53,321 nt of DNA, filler included, from Diploschistes diacapsis (GCA_023645945.1; 4 parts of 4 records of this genome joined end to end with filler, not necessarily neighbours in it); one strand, 5' to 3'; positions 12,301 through 24,980 are shown, counted from the whole stretch's first letter. Program-made: numbers and translations. The notes: generated from the sequence alone by a model not told the origin.

Positions 12301-13185
12301 CTTTTGCAGCCGCCACGACTTTTCTCTGCGATCGCTCGATCCTTTTCTTCGACAGCGAGCTGTCTTTCTTCTTTAAGCCTCGCGACCTCAGCAAGGGGCA
12401 CCGTCTCTCTCAGCCTCGACTTCTGCAACAAGGTCCACCACGTAGTCGAATCTTACTGAGGTTTCCTCGAAAACTCTCAGGAATGCTTCCTGGTGGGCTT
12501 TGTCCCACTTTTTCTGCGCCGTTACTCGGCACCGCAGACTTTGGGATACGGGGGCGCCTCCCTTGTTTGCGAAAGAATCACTGTTATGCTTCAGACTTTT
12601 GGTCGTTAAAAACTTGATCATGGTGTTGCGGGTTCCGCTTCACCCAATGAATGCTACAGTAGCCGTTTCTACAGAACCGGTCTGACTCGATTCGCATGTC
12701 CTGGCTGCAGTAATCGTTGGCAAAAAGTTCCGGCAAGAATGCCTTCGATTCGCGCCAGTGAGCTTTCCTTCGACCCTCCGCCGATTTCTGTTGATTGGGC
12801 CGGCCATTGCTGCCTTGAAGGGTTTTCTTCTGCTGTTGTAGTTCGCGCTCGTTTTTCAAGCTTCTTTCCTACCTGCAGTAGCAAGTTGTTGGATTAGTCC
12901 TTTTTATTGGCGACATTGACACTTTGGAGGTTCTGAAACCCCGAAACGCACCAGCTACCTCATTCCTCGCAACCTCCGCAGCCTCGGTGGGAGGGCAGAG
13001 CTACAGGAGCTTCCCTCCAGCAATGTACGTGCCCGACGATGCTGGCGGGGCTGGGTGTTTGTCCAATCAAAAATGGTTGGCAGGAACCTGACGAGGATCA
13101 AACTCGTCACTTTCGGACTCCACGGGTCTATGTTTTGAGGATGGTAACGGGGCCCGCCAGCGCCACGGTTGCGCCAAGTCGACAA
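9304..13185 (-). pseudogene. Fragmented ORF set containing a Zn(II)2Cys6-type motif; probable pseudogene or genes
   Basis: Successive minus-strand ORFs in different frames (12955-13185, 12584-12884, 12388-12621, 12156-12431, 10224-11321, 9653-10174, 9304-9765). CQLC-x6-C-x8-CVRC-x6-C at about 10620-10709. Gene boundaries are unresolved. Confidence 0.45.
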
Positions 13186-13263
13186 CTGCCAGCCCGATCA
13201 ATGCGAGGCAAGTCAGGACTGGCCAACGTGCCACTTCATATGTACGGGGGGGGGGGGGGGGGG

Positions 13264-13363
13264 NNNNNNNNNNNNNNNNNNNNNNNNNNNNNNNNNNNNN
13301 NNNNNNNTTAATTAATTAANNNNNNNNNNNNNNNNNNNNNNNNNNNNNNNNNNNNNNNNNNNN
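13264..13363. other. Artificial contig spacer
   Basis: N44-TTAATTAATTAA-N44, with stops in all six frames. Confidence 0.98.
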
Positions 13364-13799
13364 GTTATATAGCCCGTGCGCGAGCGCGATTTCCTGCCTA
13401 TATCCTTTTACCGGCGATTACGTATAATAGAATTTTCTTCGTTTATATTAAAGAAACTAGCGTGAGAATATAAATATAAATATAAGATTATAGTTAAAAT
13501 AAAAAAAAACGGCGAATACGACGTAAAAACAATATAATCTACGATGTATCTTAATTAAAATATATAGGCCATTATAAGTATATCCGTAGAAAAATATAAA
13601 AATGCAACGAGAAACTCAAAATACAAAAATAAAGAAACGGGTAAACAGTAAATGTAATATATAAAAAATAATAAAAGTATAGCGCTCAGGATGAAAAAAA
13701 TGGAACAAAAAACGGTTACGACAGCATCTTTAAAAAAAACAACATCAAGAAACTAGAATTTAGTTAATAAACATCGTCTATAAGACGTATAAATAATCC

Positions 13800-16700
13800 C
13801 ATATTATAATCAATTCGTTCTCGCATAAAGGCATCGGAAAGAACCAAAATCCCATTAACATAATTCTTAAAAACGATATTAGCCGAAATACAATAATAAA
13901 GAATAATCATTTACTACTATTTTTAAAGATCGTACGCAGTATCCCGGTAACCCGAAGATAAACTTTTAAGCCAAAACATCATCGTTCTAATAGAAACAAA
14001 TATTAAGAATCTGTGGTTCAAGGTTCTTAAAGGAAACAGTCAGGTGGCCATTTTTTGTTTGTAATATCACAGGCTTCCATTGCTTCTGACAATGAGCAAT
14101 GAGGGGCACAATTCTTAACAAGCTCATATACACCGCCACATCAAGCAGTATAAATTTGACGTTAAAGTTTAAACAATTTCCTGTAATACTACAACAACAG
14201 CGAACTACGATCCCAGCTTAATGCGAGCATTTAAAGCTAAAATTAAGGCCTTGTGTTTCAATAAATCTAGCCCGGTAACCCCAAGTCTTTCGAAGAAGGA
14301 TATCAACATCGAGTAAAGAAGAGCAGGCCAAACAAGCATTGGCCGAGTTTCAGACCTGGTTATTAAAGAAAGAGCGACAGTTCGAAAAGTATCTAGAAAC
14401 TAAGTTCGAGAAATGTATAGATAATAAAAGATTTGGGAAGAATACAGCACTTTTGGAAGCACTGAAAATTGTATTGAATACCCGTACTCCAAAGATATTA
14501 GTACTAAAAACTTCGTAACCAACAACATCCCTTCTTATCTTTAAATTAATAGGCGCCGAGTCGGAAATCGTTCCTAATAATTTTAAACGATTCTTCATTC
14601 CGATACAAGTTCTTGATGGTAGCCCGACCATTAATGGTTAAGATACTATATCTGGAAATCCAATCAAAGCGAAGGCTCCTCAAATCAAACCGGCACTAGT
14701 AATGTTAATCGTATTATGATGATAATCGGTCTTGCATTATATAAGGGTTTTGCTGTTATTATTATACGCTATGATTAGGGAAATGAAGAGTAAGAAACAG
14801 GAATATCGTCCATTTGCAATAAAGAAGAATAAGAAACAGGCATATCGTCTATTTGTAATGAAGAGTAAGAAACAGGAACATTGTCCATCTGTAGTGAATT
14901 GTCCATCTGTAGTGAATTGTCCATCTGTAGTGAATTGTCCATCTGTAGTGAATTGTCCATCTGTAGTGAATTGTCTATCTGTAGTGAATTGTCCATCTGT
15001 AGTGAATTGTCTATCTGTAGTGAATTGTCCATCTGTAGTGAATTGTTCATCTGTAGTGAATTGTTCATCTGTAGTGAATTGTCCATTTATAGTGAATTGT
15101 CCATCTGTAGTGAATGAGCATCCATAATTTGATTCAGTCTTCAGCTACAGGTACGGTGATCCTGATTTCTGACAGTGGTTTCATAATAATTATTTTGCTC
15201 GTTGCGGCGTGTCTCGATGGGATTCTAGCTTTCTTTTGTTCGTACTGTTTAGTCCATTATTATTGTGACTGGAAGTGAAATGGTAGCTGTAACGTAGCGT
15301 ATCTTACCTTAAGAAATTAAAGGTATATCGGATAGCGCTGGCAATGCTTGATTACCCTCACTGGTTCATTCTGACGCTTGATTGTTTGAAGCCCTGTTCT
15401 CATTCGTTTCTGCAAGTATAGTAGCCTCAAGAAGTATTTACATTCTATTTCCTATTCCCATGCTGGTTTCGGCAACAGAACCAGTGTTGTGTGGTATAAA
15501 ATGATTTTCCGTGACACCATGAAATGGTGTTTGGAAACCTCGGCCACCAGTGAACGTATTATAGTGACGAGTAGGCCTATCGAAGGTTCCATATGCATTC
15601 AAATGCTGAGTAGTACTACCTTCGACATCGACATCTCTATTGATCCTTTTAAGTGCTTCCGTTTCCGTGAGTCTCTCTATCTGCCCCGAAGCTTGAACAT
15701 TGCATAGCAAGCCTCTCTGAGAAATTAATCGACAAATCCTTTTGCTGGATTACCGGGCTAGAGATGAGTATCGTTTGCTAAAGGGTTCAGACACGAAAAG
15801 TAAACTGTCTGAACAAAAAAAGTGGTCTGATGCCGATAGAGGCAGTCCAGGGAGCCTAAGCGTCTTGTATATTACCTCGGGGCTGCTACACGTCAGCGCT
15901 AAGTTTATCACAGACATGGTATACACCTTGTACCTATAATCGAGCACTCTAGCGAGGTAGCTCGCTGGATGAAGTATATGTTTGTAGCTCCATTCCTTCC
16001 GTGATTTAGCTAGTCTGTTCGCTACCGTTTCGGCGATCTTTAAACATCGATGATTTACGTTCTGTAAGATCTCGTTCAAAACATAACTCGTAACTCGATA
16101 ATGTTAGTATTCGAAAAACTCGACGGAATTATAAATCTTATAATACCGATAATAGCAACGAAGATCGTAAACGCGGCATCTCCGTAATACTCATGTAATA
16201 TACGAACAACTGAACAAAGAAATCCGGCCATAACCTTCCAGCGATCCAACTTTTTCTTTATGGTCGTCGAAATGGCTTTAGCGTTTTCTAAATACGGACG
16301 AGCTAGAAGTGATTAAGAAAATGATAAGATACAACCGGCAATAAACCTTAACCACCATGTTAAAACTCGAGTATCTTTTTCTGCTTCGCTCGCCAGCTGA
16401 AAAAGTTCTGCTGCATAAGACTCGTATGACTTAACTGAAGTTTTAAGAAGTAGATCCGGAGCAGGAGCAGGAGTTAGCTTGTTACCCAAAGTTACTAACC
16501 CTTTCTCAATCTTTTTGTATATCGAAACAATCCGATCTTCGTTATCATTATCATTTTCTTCCTGAGATTCAGTTGCGTGCAGGATCAAATCTATTGACGC
16601 GCCATTGTCCGCTTCAGTTTCCGAGCGAAGGCGTTCGTTATTTTCATTAAGAACTATAGAAGCTTGGCCAGATAACCGTTTACCCGCGAAATTAGGACCC

Positions 16701-18190
16701 TCGAAAAGATTTTCATTTGCGACGACTGAGCATGGCGCCTCTGAGTGAACAAGCAATGGATCATGGTATCTGGCTTCACTAGTATATTCATTAGTAGTAT
16801 GCTTGCGGCCGTGATTAAGCAAAGGCCTACCAATCTTCATCGATAACTTCCTATTCGCTAACCCTAAAATATGCACCTACCAAGCTTTCAAATATTTAAA
16901 AAACCTTAGAATATGTACGGTCCGTTAAGATTTCTGCGTGGCATATTTTATATCGAAATCGAGGATAGAAGGCCCGTTAAGTTAGAAACTGAGGAATTTT
17001 GATAGAAGAAATTTTAATTTAAATAATAATACGGTGAGAATCTAAATGAATCGTGTAATAAATAAAAGTAAGATAATCTTTAGCGAGTCGTTGTCGTGCA
17101 TGATAAAGCTTAACGGCGTTTGCCTGTTCTTCTTGCGAGTAGTGATACACGAGTGGGTTACCCTCATTCATTATAAATATAAAAAGTAGAAGAGAAAAAA
17201 GAATATATCTAAGAAGGTATTTATGAAGCCATTATGTTATAAAGATGTCGACAAAATCTTGTATTTTATCGATATCTTTATAATTAGTTATCTTTATTAC
17301 TTAGGCCAAGATGCCACCACTTCTTGCTCCTCGCTTTAAAGTTTACTGCTTATATTAAACTAGAGAAGGCCGCTTTATCAACAAGGGCAGTTTCCTAAAA
17401 CGAAAAGTGGTGTTCTAAATCGAGACTCATCTTTACTTCTTATTATTACTGTTTAGAATTTTCATAATACACGGGTTAAAGATTTAATTATTACATCGAA
17501 TAGCTTTCTATACCATTATCGATACGCTTCTTTACTTAAGATCAGTTTGCTTAGTTAATCCGAAATAACCTATTTCCTAATACATTTGATCGAGCTAATG
17601 TTCCCCTTTTTATGTCTAAATCAAAAACCTTTTAGGAGCATCTCTTAGAAAAAAGGCCGTTTCGCCGATATCGATTATTGGCCTCAAAGGAGGCGTTCGG
17701 GTCAAACTTTCCGTACCATTATTTACATGCCATGTCATGTTATACCCTCTTACTCTCCCGATACCCTCAAGTTCTAAAAGATAAATCTCGGATAAAGAAA
17801 TGTTAATAAGCAATACAAGAAGGTAAATAAGCTTCTATAAGAAACCATCGTTTTTAACCTCGTCTTCATCTTTACTTTCTTGACCTTCGTTATATTACTA
17901 GGATCTCGTTAGGCTGGACATCGCACCGCATAGACACCGCGATATGATCATATTGGATATAAAAGCCTTTCCTTCTTCCTGCAGTTCGCTGAACTTCTGC
18001 ACATGCTAACATGGCCATTATAAAGATCCTTCACTTAGGCCTGTCATTAGCCGCCTTAATAGTTGTATGTTTAATATTTTATGATGCTTCGATGCATGTT
18101 ATACAGGTTATATAGGTTGTAATACGCCTCCGTCTACTAAAATTATTTGTTTGTATTACGTTTCTACCTCTTACTGTTTCGCTCGCCATT
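13800..18190 (-). pseudogene. RIP-inactivated ORFs of unknown function (two to three genes)
   Basis: Long collinear minus-strand frames (e.g. 16313-16876, 15750-16079, 15438-15710, 14350-14631, 17616-17813) broken mainly by TAA/TAG. AT-rich and TpA-rich. Boundaries are approximate. Confidence 0.55.
14782..15114. repeat. Minisatellite: 13 x 18 bp (TTGTCCATCTGTAGTGAA, 14881-15114) preceded by about 3 related 36-39 bp units
   Basis: Units were counted directly. Variants in the 18-bp array are C>T or G>A transitions. Confidence 0.95.
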
Positions 18191-19467
18191 TTAAATGCGT
18201 TGTAGTTACATTGGAATTTAAGTGAGATTGAGCTTCCATTAATATAGCAAGGATACTAAATTTTTTCGATAAGCGGAACCATTACGACTGCGATCGATGT
18301 CATGATTTATTTCTTATTGATAATACCGCCAATATTCGAGGCATGAAACATTCTGGTCGGCAGGTGTATTATTAATATTAATTACAGTTCATTGTATTAT
18401 AATAGATATTACCCTTCATGGGTCCTTTTTACCGGGTTATCAGATTACCGGTACTCGTTTTCTTCGTTCTGAAGATAGCTCTGGCTTTCAGGTAACTGTG
18501 CTTCCTAGATTTGACGTATATTTCATTTATTAGGATTTAGTTTTATTAGCAATTCCGTAAATCGGGGCATCGTCTTTAAAGTGCTTTTACTTAATTGTTT
18601 AAACGAATATACTATCTTACTAACTAAAAACGTATTAGCGTGCTGCAAGTACATAAAATTAAAACCATTGTAGATATTCGTGTTCGTCGAGACGCTTAAC
18701 CTTTTCTTAATATTACTCGTTATTTGTATCTTATTAATTCTAGACTGATTTCATGTATACGATAAGGATTTTAAAATCATTCTTATGATCAGTTCTGTGC
18801 CTTGCTTTTATTTACGAGAGATTTATGTTAAACTTTATTAATAATAAATAAATAATATTTACTTATATAATTATCTATAACGCACGTTTCGCCTCCGGGC
18901 CCGTTCTCGCTACCGCAGTCTCGATCTCCCGCGCGTCCGTTAGGCCGGACGATGATGAGCTCGAGCTTACAAATCGGGGGGTTGGTGAAAGCTGTGAAAG
19001 AGGAATGCAACGTCCGGTGACTAGTCCAAGCACACGCCATGAAAGCATATCTTGCAATCTATCCGAAAGAGGCGTTGAACCTGGAGATAATCGCATACTT
19101 TCTGAAATATTTTACAAAGCGATTTCAAGCGAGTCAATTGAATGGAAAGTGTTCGATAGGCATCTAGATGCCAACCCAGCGACATCCTAAGCCTCTGATA
19201 TATGCTCCCTTGCCACTTTACTGGCGGTAAAAGTAGAGCAGCGATTGGATGAATTGTTAGATTCCTTCGGACTCGTTACGGCCTGGCCAACTGGGTTTCG
19301 TTCAATTAAATCAAGTGGGCCAATCTTTCTTGGCCGTTCTGGATCAAGGCCTCAGAGCATATTCCTTGCGAGATATGCTAGAATTACCAAGTACAAGCAG
19401 AACAGCCACTCAGAATCATTCCACTCTTTTGAATCAGTATCAAGAAAGTCAGGCAGCGGAAGTAGTA

Positions 19468-21455
19468 GAGTCGTGACACTAGTACCCGAACAGACACTAA
19501 TAACCGAACACGTGATACAATAACAAAACTACAATAATAAATATTTAAAGTGAAATATCTCCAAAAGTAATTAATTTGAAGCCCTGTAGATCCAATAGTA
19601 GCTATATCTGACCCTATAGATTCATCTAATCATGTCTGATCGCCAGCGTCGACGACGCTGGCGCCAGGAAGCCTCCCTAAGATAACCAACCTTCCTTTCG
19701 GTACTATCTTCTTATTCTTGTAAATGCCGGCAGCCTGAAGCACTGCTAGTCTCTCCTTCCTAGCCTACTTTTGCCTTTCCTGTCTGCCTGCCTCGTAGAG
19801 TGTCTTTTCTTTGGCCTGGCGCGCGTCAGTAGCTTTTGTAGGAATTAAGAACTCACCTCCTGTAGTCACGATGGTGCGCTTGCGCTTCTGACGATGTGTC
19901 GAGGCCTCCCTAAGCCTCTTATTCTCTGCCGCCAGAAGCGCAATCTCCGTAAGAACCTCCCTAGCCCCTTTGGCCATCTTGGGGAAGCTTCGGGGCATTT
20001 CTAGCTCCTGTCGAAAGTCCAAAGTCGCGTCCTCCAAAAAATCCACCTCTCGGAGGGTTCGAGGCGTCGCAGGCAGGATGTAGCGAGCTTCAAGGGCGCC
20101 AGGAGGGTCGTCGACGGCGCCGGGAACCTTAGAAATCGGTCTGAAAGGGTCGAAGGGCTCAATACCGGCGCCCTTCCACGCGGCGCGAGCGTTCCTAATA
20201 ATGTAGACATCTATTCGAGCATTAATAAGAATCTCAAGAAAGAAGCACTTATTAATATAAATAACGCTATGCTGTGATAGCGTCCCGATTCGCTCCTTAT
20301 AGACATACGCAAATGGGCTAAATAGGCCAACATCCAGAAACTAAAGGACGTGAAAAGTATACGCTGGCAAATATACCGCCAGAATCCTCCTATCCGCTAT
20401 CCAGTTCAGGAACGATAGCGAAAGATGGCTCTCGTAGCCGTCCATAAGCAAGATCCTTTAGGCCTGCGGCGAACGCAGCCTGGAAGCGCTCTCGGGGTCG
20501 AAAATCTACTGCATCCATTGCAGACAGAACGGAGTAGTGTTGTATCCACTAAAGGATACATATATGTTTATATCTATAAAACTATTAGTATATCTGTAGA
20601 TATTAAAGCGTAGACTTACTTAAAGGGATAACACCCTCTGCCCATTCTGCCTATAGCTCTTTACCTTTAAAAATGATCAAAGGGGAGAGCCATTCCCCTC
20701 TAATCGAGACCGTCTCGACCATCGTCGCCAGATCACGATTACCCGCGATTAAGCGCTGGCGATCGGCCTGGCGATGAGGGATACGTACGACGACCTTCGT
20801 ACGTTCCCCAGCGCCGAGCTGGATCCCTTTCTCGTCCATATTCCAGACATTTCCAGGAGCAACGTCGTACTGGACGCGAAGCTCCTGAAGGCGCTCCAGA
20901 AACGGGCGCAGAACCCCCGATGCCGCGGCGTCGGCTCTCTTGCTTGAAAGAGAGCTACTCCAGGCTGTACCCAGCTCTGGATGCCTCTTCAAAAAGCGCT
21001 GCGGCCAGCCACGGCCTGGCTGGCGCTGGTTATCCGGCTCGGAAACACTCCAGATCTCCGCCGCTAAGCTTTTAAGCATTACGACAGAAATAGAGAATCC
21101 TCCGGCCTATAAACGCTCCACATGCCTCACGAGGACACTCTCTTGCTCAACAATCAAAAATTACTGCGCTTGGTGGCCAGCAGACTTTCCAGGGCGGCCA
21201 CCAAGCTTGTCGTGGAGGGAGGAGAAAGGGACGCCGTTGCGCCGAGCGACTTCGTAAAGCGACAGCGAGGGGGATCGAGTTTTCGCCTCGATGAGAGCAT
21301 TCTCCATCATCGAGAGTATCTAGATTTAGATTAGTAGAAAATAAAAAAATATATGGAGCTTACAATGGATAAAAAAGGAGAAGGCATTTTGGGTGTAAAA
21401 AGCGCTTATGGATATTCGGTTACTAGCGTCCATTCGGTTATTAGGGGCAACACTC
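19468..21455 (-). mobile_element. pogo/Fot1-like (Tc1-mariner) DNA transposon, about 1.99 kb, RIP-inactivated
   Basis: TA at 19466-67 and 21456-57. Related termini GAGTCGTGACACTAGTACCCGAACAGACACTAATAACCGAA and rc GAGTGTTGCCCCTAATAACCGAATGGACGCTAGTAACCGAA. Transposase from about 21310 with an HTH (VARRNGVPFSSL), GWPQRFLKRHPEL, WNMDEKG, PLIIFKGK, ILLMDGYESH and L*FLDVGLFSP, with in-frame TAA/TAG. Confidence 0.92.
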
Positions 21456-21580
21456 TAGTTCTAATCAAGACGTTTCAAGGTACTAATCATTCACGTAGCT
21501 CTGCCTACGGAGATTAAACGAGTTCGGTTAACGCACTTATAATGATATTTAAAAGCTAAGGAGCGTAAAGCCACTGTATA

Positions 21581-22135
21581 ATGAACGAATCTTTTGACAT
21601 CGAGTAGATTCTTATCTATAACATCATGGAAATCTATTAAGAAGTTATTTAACGTATATCGGAAAACATCGTATTATTAATTTCGATTATCGAAGTACCG
21701 GGCTAATAAGAAGAAGGTGAATTGTTAGTCGAAGACAAGAATTATTAACTACCGGTTGCTCGAGAAAAGCAGCTTACGGATGATTTAGCGTTTCTTTCGA
21801 TAACAACGGATGACATGTTTAAAATAATGGTTGTTAAGCTTAAAGAAGATTCCGACAAGAACGGTTTTACCATACGTTTCGCATCAAACACTAAGAACCT
21901 CGCTATCGTCAAAAATAGGTTTGAAGGAATTGGCTTGATTCTCCAGCAGGCTGCTTACTGGTCAATGTAATTTGTTCTTGGGTTTAACTCATCTATGCTT
22001 AGAACTGACGGTCACTTAGCCGAGCCGAAGGAGCGCCTTAAGGAGTACTTACTGAAGCGAATAGTTGCCCTAGATAGGTAGAAAATATTATCTCGGCTTC
22101 GATCTAGGCATGCTGCAAGAACTCGGAAGACAAAC
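21581..22135 (+). pseudogene. N-terminal fragment resembling fungal OTT_1508-like nucleic acid deaminase proteins
   Basis: Translation through the stops gives ISENIVLL...REKQLTDDLAFLS...KIMVVKLKEDSDKNGFTIRFASN...LLKRIVALDR*KILSRLRSRHA. The family was recalled from memory. No catalytic HxE...CxxC domain follows. Confidence 0.55.
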
Positions 22136-22181
22136 GACAATAAATACCTTGCATACGCCTTATGGGCAGCTACCGGCTGTC

Positions 22182-22487
22182 CGGATCAAGATAAAGTGCC
22201 CGCTATGTCCTACGCGCAAGGCTTTCAGCACCCTTGATGTTCTGCACAATCATCTTTCTTTCCTAGTTCACGCATCGAAGCAGTTCTATTATCCATTTTC
22301 CTTCGTGCTATCCCGAGATGCAACAAACGCGCCAAGCCCAATGAAGTATTTTTCCACGGTGAGTGGATTAACCCAGCATCTTGAAAGCGGGGCGTGCGAG
22401 GGCGGAAAGGCCACATTTCTGAAGGCAGTTGTATACGTGGAGGAAAGACTGAATCAATTGGGACTGGGAGACTTGCGTTTGCTTTAA
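22182..22487 (+). pseudogene. C-terminal fragment of a fungal C2H2 zinc-finger protein
   Basis: KCPLCPTRKAFSTLDVLHNHL...H and FSTVSGLTQHLESGAC. No upstream part of this gene is present. Confidence 0.65.
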
Positions 22488-23479
22488 TTGGAATATATAT
22501 GTACCTCTTAGTACGCTGCTTAGGGGGCCTTTGCAGTAGGCAATTTAGTAAGCCTTTTGTTCGGGGTAGCTGAAAGTGCTACCGTTATAGTCCTGATGTT
22601 AATAGTCGTCATCGTAGTGTATAGCGCCAGTTAGTAGAAGAAGTACCTGAAAATACCGGGGGGAACGAGTGCCGTAGAGGGTGAAGTGATCAGGGCAAAC
22701 AGCTCCAGTGACTTCTCCCACATTTCCTCAGATAATTTCATTAACATGCTCGAATTACCCATATCAAACGCTGATAAATAGGTCCACTGCTAATTGCAAA
22801 TGCTGGGACGCGACGTTGTGGATAATTCGTAAACCCGATTATCCATCTCTGCAACACCGTGAGGGTACAATTTCTGACTAAATTTGAATCATTCATCGCT
22901 CATAGTCGGTTTCAAAGCCTTTCTCGCACCAAACTTATTCGACCTAATCGGCAATATTCGTGACGACATGGAGCCCGGGCAAGGTAGAAGAAGACCGTTG
23001 TGGGCAAGCCTCGCGAGTTGCAAAGCCGAAAATTCCACCATAAAAATCTTTTGAATAAGATGAAGTCCGCGTTCAGGCTCCGGCTGGTTGATTAACTATA
23101 GTTTATTCTTATGCTATCATACCCTTTCATGCAAGGATCCTTGAAATCCTAAATGCAAGTTATCGTCTAATCCTTACAGAATGGCCCATTCCTTCGAACA
23201 GATGTAACTGTTTATTCTTAAAGCCGTTTTCCGAACAAGAAACTAGCTCTTATTTTTACTACTCGTTTTATTTTTTAACCTATTTGTAGAAGAGACGCGT
23301 GGAATAAACGTAAAGGAGAAGACGCGAGGGCTTCCCGCTTCTTTTGATATTTTATTCTGTCGCTTCTATTAATAAGTAGCTTATCTCGGAGGTGTGATGG
23401 GATACTTGATTAACAGTGAACGGTTCGGTTCGAGCTTATCTTCTGAATTAATGGTTACTTGCGAGGTATCTTTAGCACC

Positions 23480-24980
23480 TATGTCCTTTTGGGTAAAGTT
23501 AAGGAGCGTCTCCTTTTAAATATCGTTTGTATAAACCTCTTCTTCTGAAACTTGCGTTGCGAAGCTAGAAATAAGGCTGGTATTGGACGTTTCAGAGGTG
23601 AATACTTTAACTAACGTTCTGACTTTATCGTTTACCTACTTTATTGCTTCGTCCCTCTGTTCTTTTATTTAGTTTCTTAGATTTCTGTACGCGGTGGTTC
23701 CTTGTCGAAAGGTTTCAGTATTGCCAGTCATATCTCAAGTATTGATTTGAAATATGATGTATTCAGGTCGATCCTTAAAGATGGCTGGTAAATATCTTAA
23801 GTTAGCCGTTATGATAGATAGACGTGACGGTATAAGCTTTGTTATCATAGAAAGGGTCTTACTACTTATATGAATGTAAAGTATGCATAACTCGCGCCCC
23901 GAGTGCACCGTTATAACAGGCCTGTCGTTTTATAACTATTAGAGACCCATCCGGGCCCTTTACGGCTGTAAAAAAGTTTGGTAATATAAAAAGATTATGC
24001 TGCGTCGAAGGAACGATACGGTCGCTAAAATTATTCTAGATTTCCTCGTTACGGACTTGCCGGTCGAGCTGTTCCGGACGTGCGCCGTAATATATATCTG
24101 GTTTGTCGGATACGACATTTTTAACCGTTAAAGGGGCCAGGTTTCCGAACGGTACGTCACCCGAAACGTATCTGGTATTCTTGATCTCGCCTTCAATAAC
24201 GGGAATTATTGATGTTCTTACTTGTTGTTCTTTGCGAGCATGCGCATCTGTTCGTTTGAACTTTTTAAAGTTCGGGTCCGAAAATTTCGAAAATGATAGC
24301 GAGGATCGAGGTCGTGTGAGGCGCTTATTGATCTCTTCCTAGTTCTCTGGCTGCGGCAGGACTGACCCATCAGGGTATTCGTACTGCTGGGTATATACCG
24401 TGATCAACGAGGTGCTGTTCGAAGGCACGGTTATACGGCCCGATCGTGTTACTTTTAATGCGAGCGGTGTTCGTAATAACTTTTGTTCCGGTCGAAGGGC
24501 GGCTACGCGATCGATTTGTATAACTGGCCTAATTTGATTCTATCGTGTCATAAACGGGGTTGGTAGGTCTCCGGAATTAAAAATCTTAGCATAAGCGTAA
24601 ACGAGAGTTTAAAGATCCGTATATCTCTAATATCCGATAGATTTAGTCCGCCGTGCCTAGAAAGGCTCTTTATATTATTTAGCTCTTTATATATACGGTC
24701 GATAAGAAAGCTGGTGACAGGTTTTAGAGATGCCCTAACCGCACGTCTGATGACAGGGCGACGAGTTCGTGAACGCGTTGATAAGATTAACGCAGCTTAA
24801 GCGTTTCTTCGATTTAGTTCCCTCAACGCGCGTTTGGTTAAGAGAATCTCGGACAAGTTATCTTAAAATACTGCTGGTTGTTCGTTATTTTTCCTAAAGA
24901 TAACCTTACTTTTCTTCAACGCCGTTTCGCAAGTTTCCTCGAGCTGGGACGGATATGGGTCTGGATGTTGACGCTTGCGT
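23480..24980 (-). pseudogene. RIP-mutated member of a widespread fungal family with a PD-(D/E)xK nuclease-like motif
   Basis: Minus-strand translation: F*DNLSEILLTKRALRELNRRN, GPYNRAFEQHLVDHGIYP, KPDIYYGARPEQLDR, PNFFTAVKGPDGS, RQACYNGALGAR, MTGNTETFRQGTTAYRN. Boundaries are approximate. Confidence 0.65.

Noticed and set aside
13246..13263. G18 tract as a G-quadruplex or telomere
   Set aside because: A homopolymer at a contig end, most likely the cause of the assembly break. No TTAGGG array.
13308..13319. Repeated TTAATTAATTAA motif (also at 26668 and 40022)
   Set aside because: Synthetic six-frame stop linker inside N runs.
14881..15114. CRISPR-like array
   Set aside because: Head-to-tail 18-bp units with no unique spacers, no cas genes, and a eukaryotic context.
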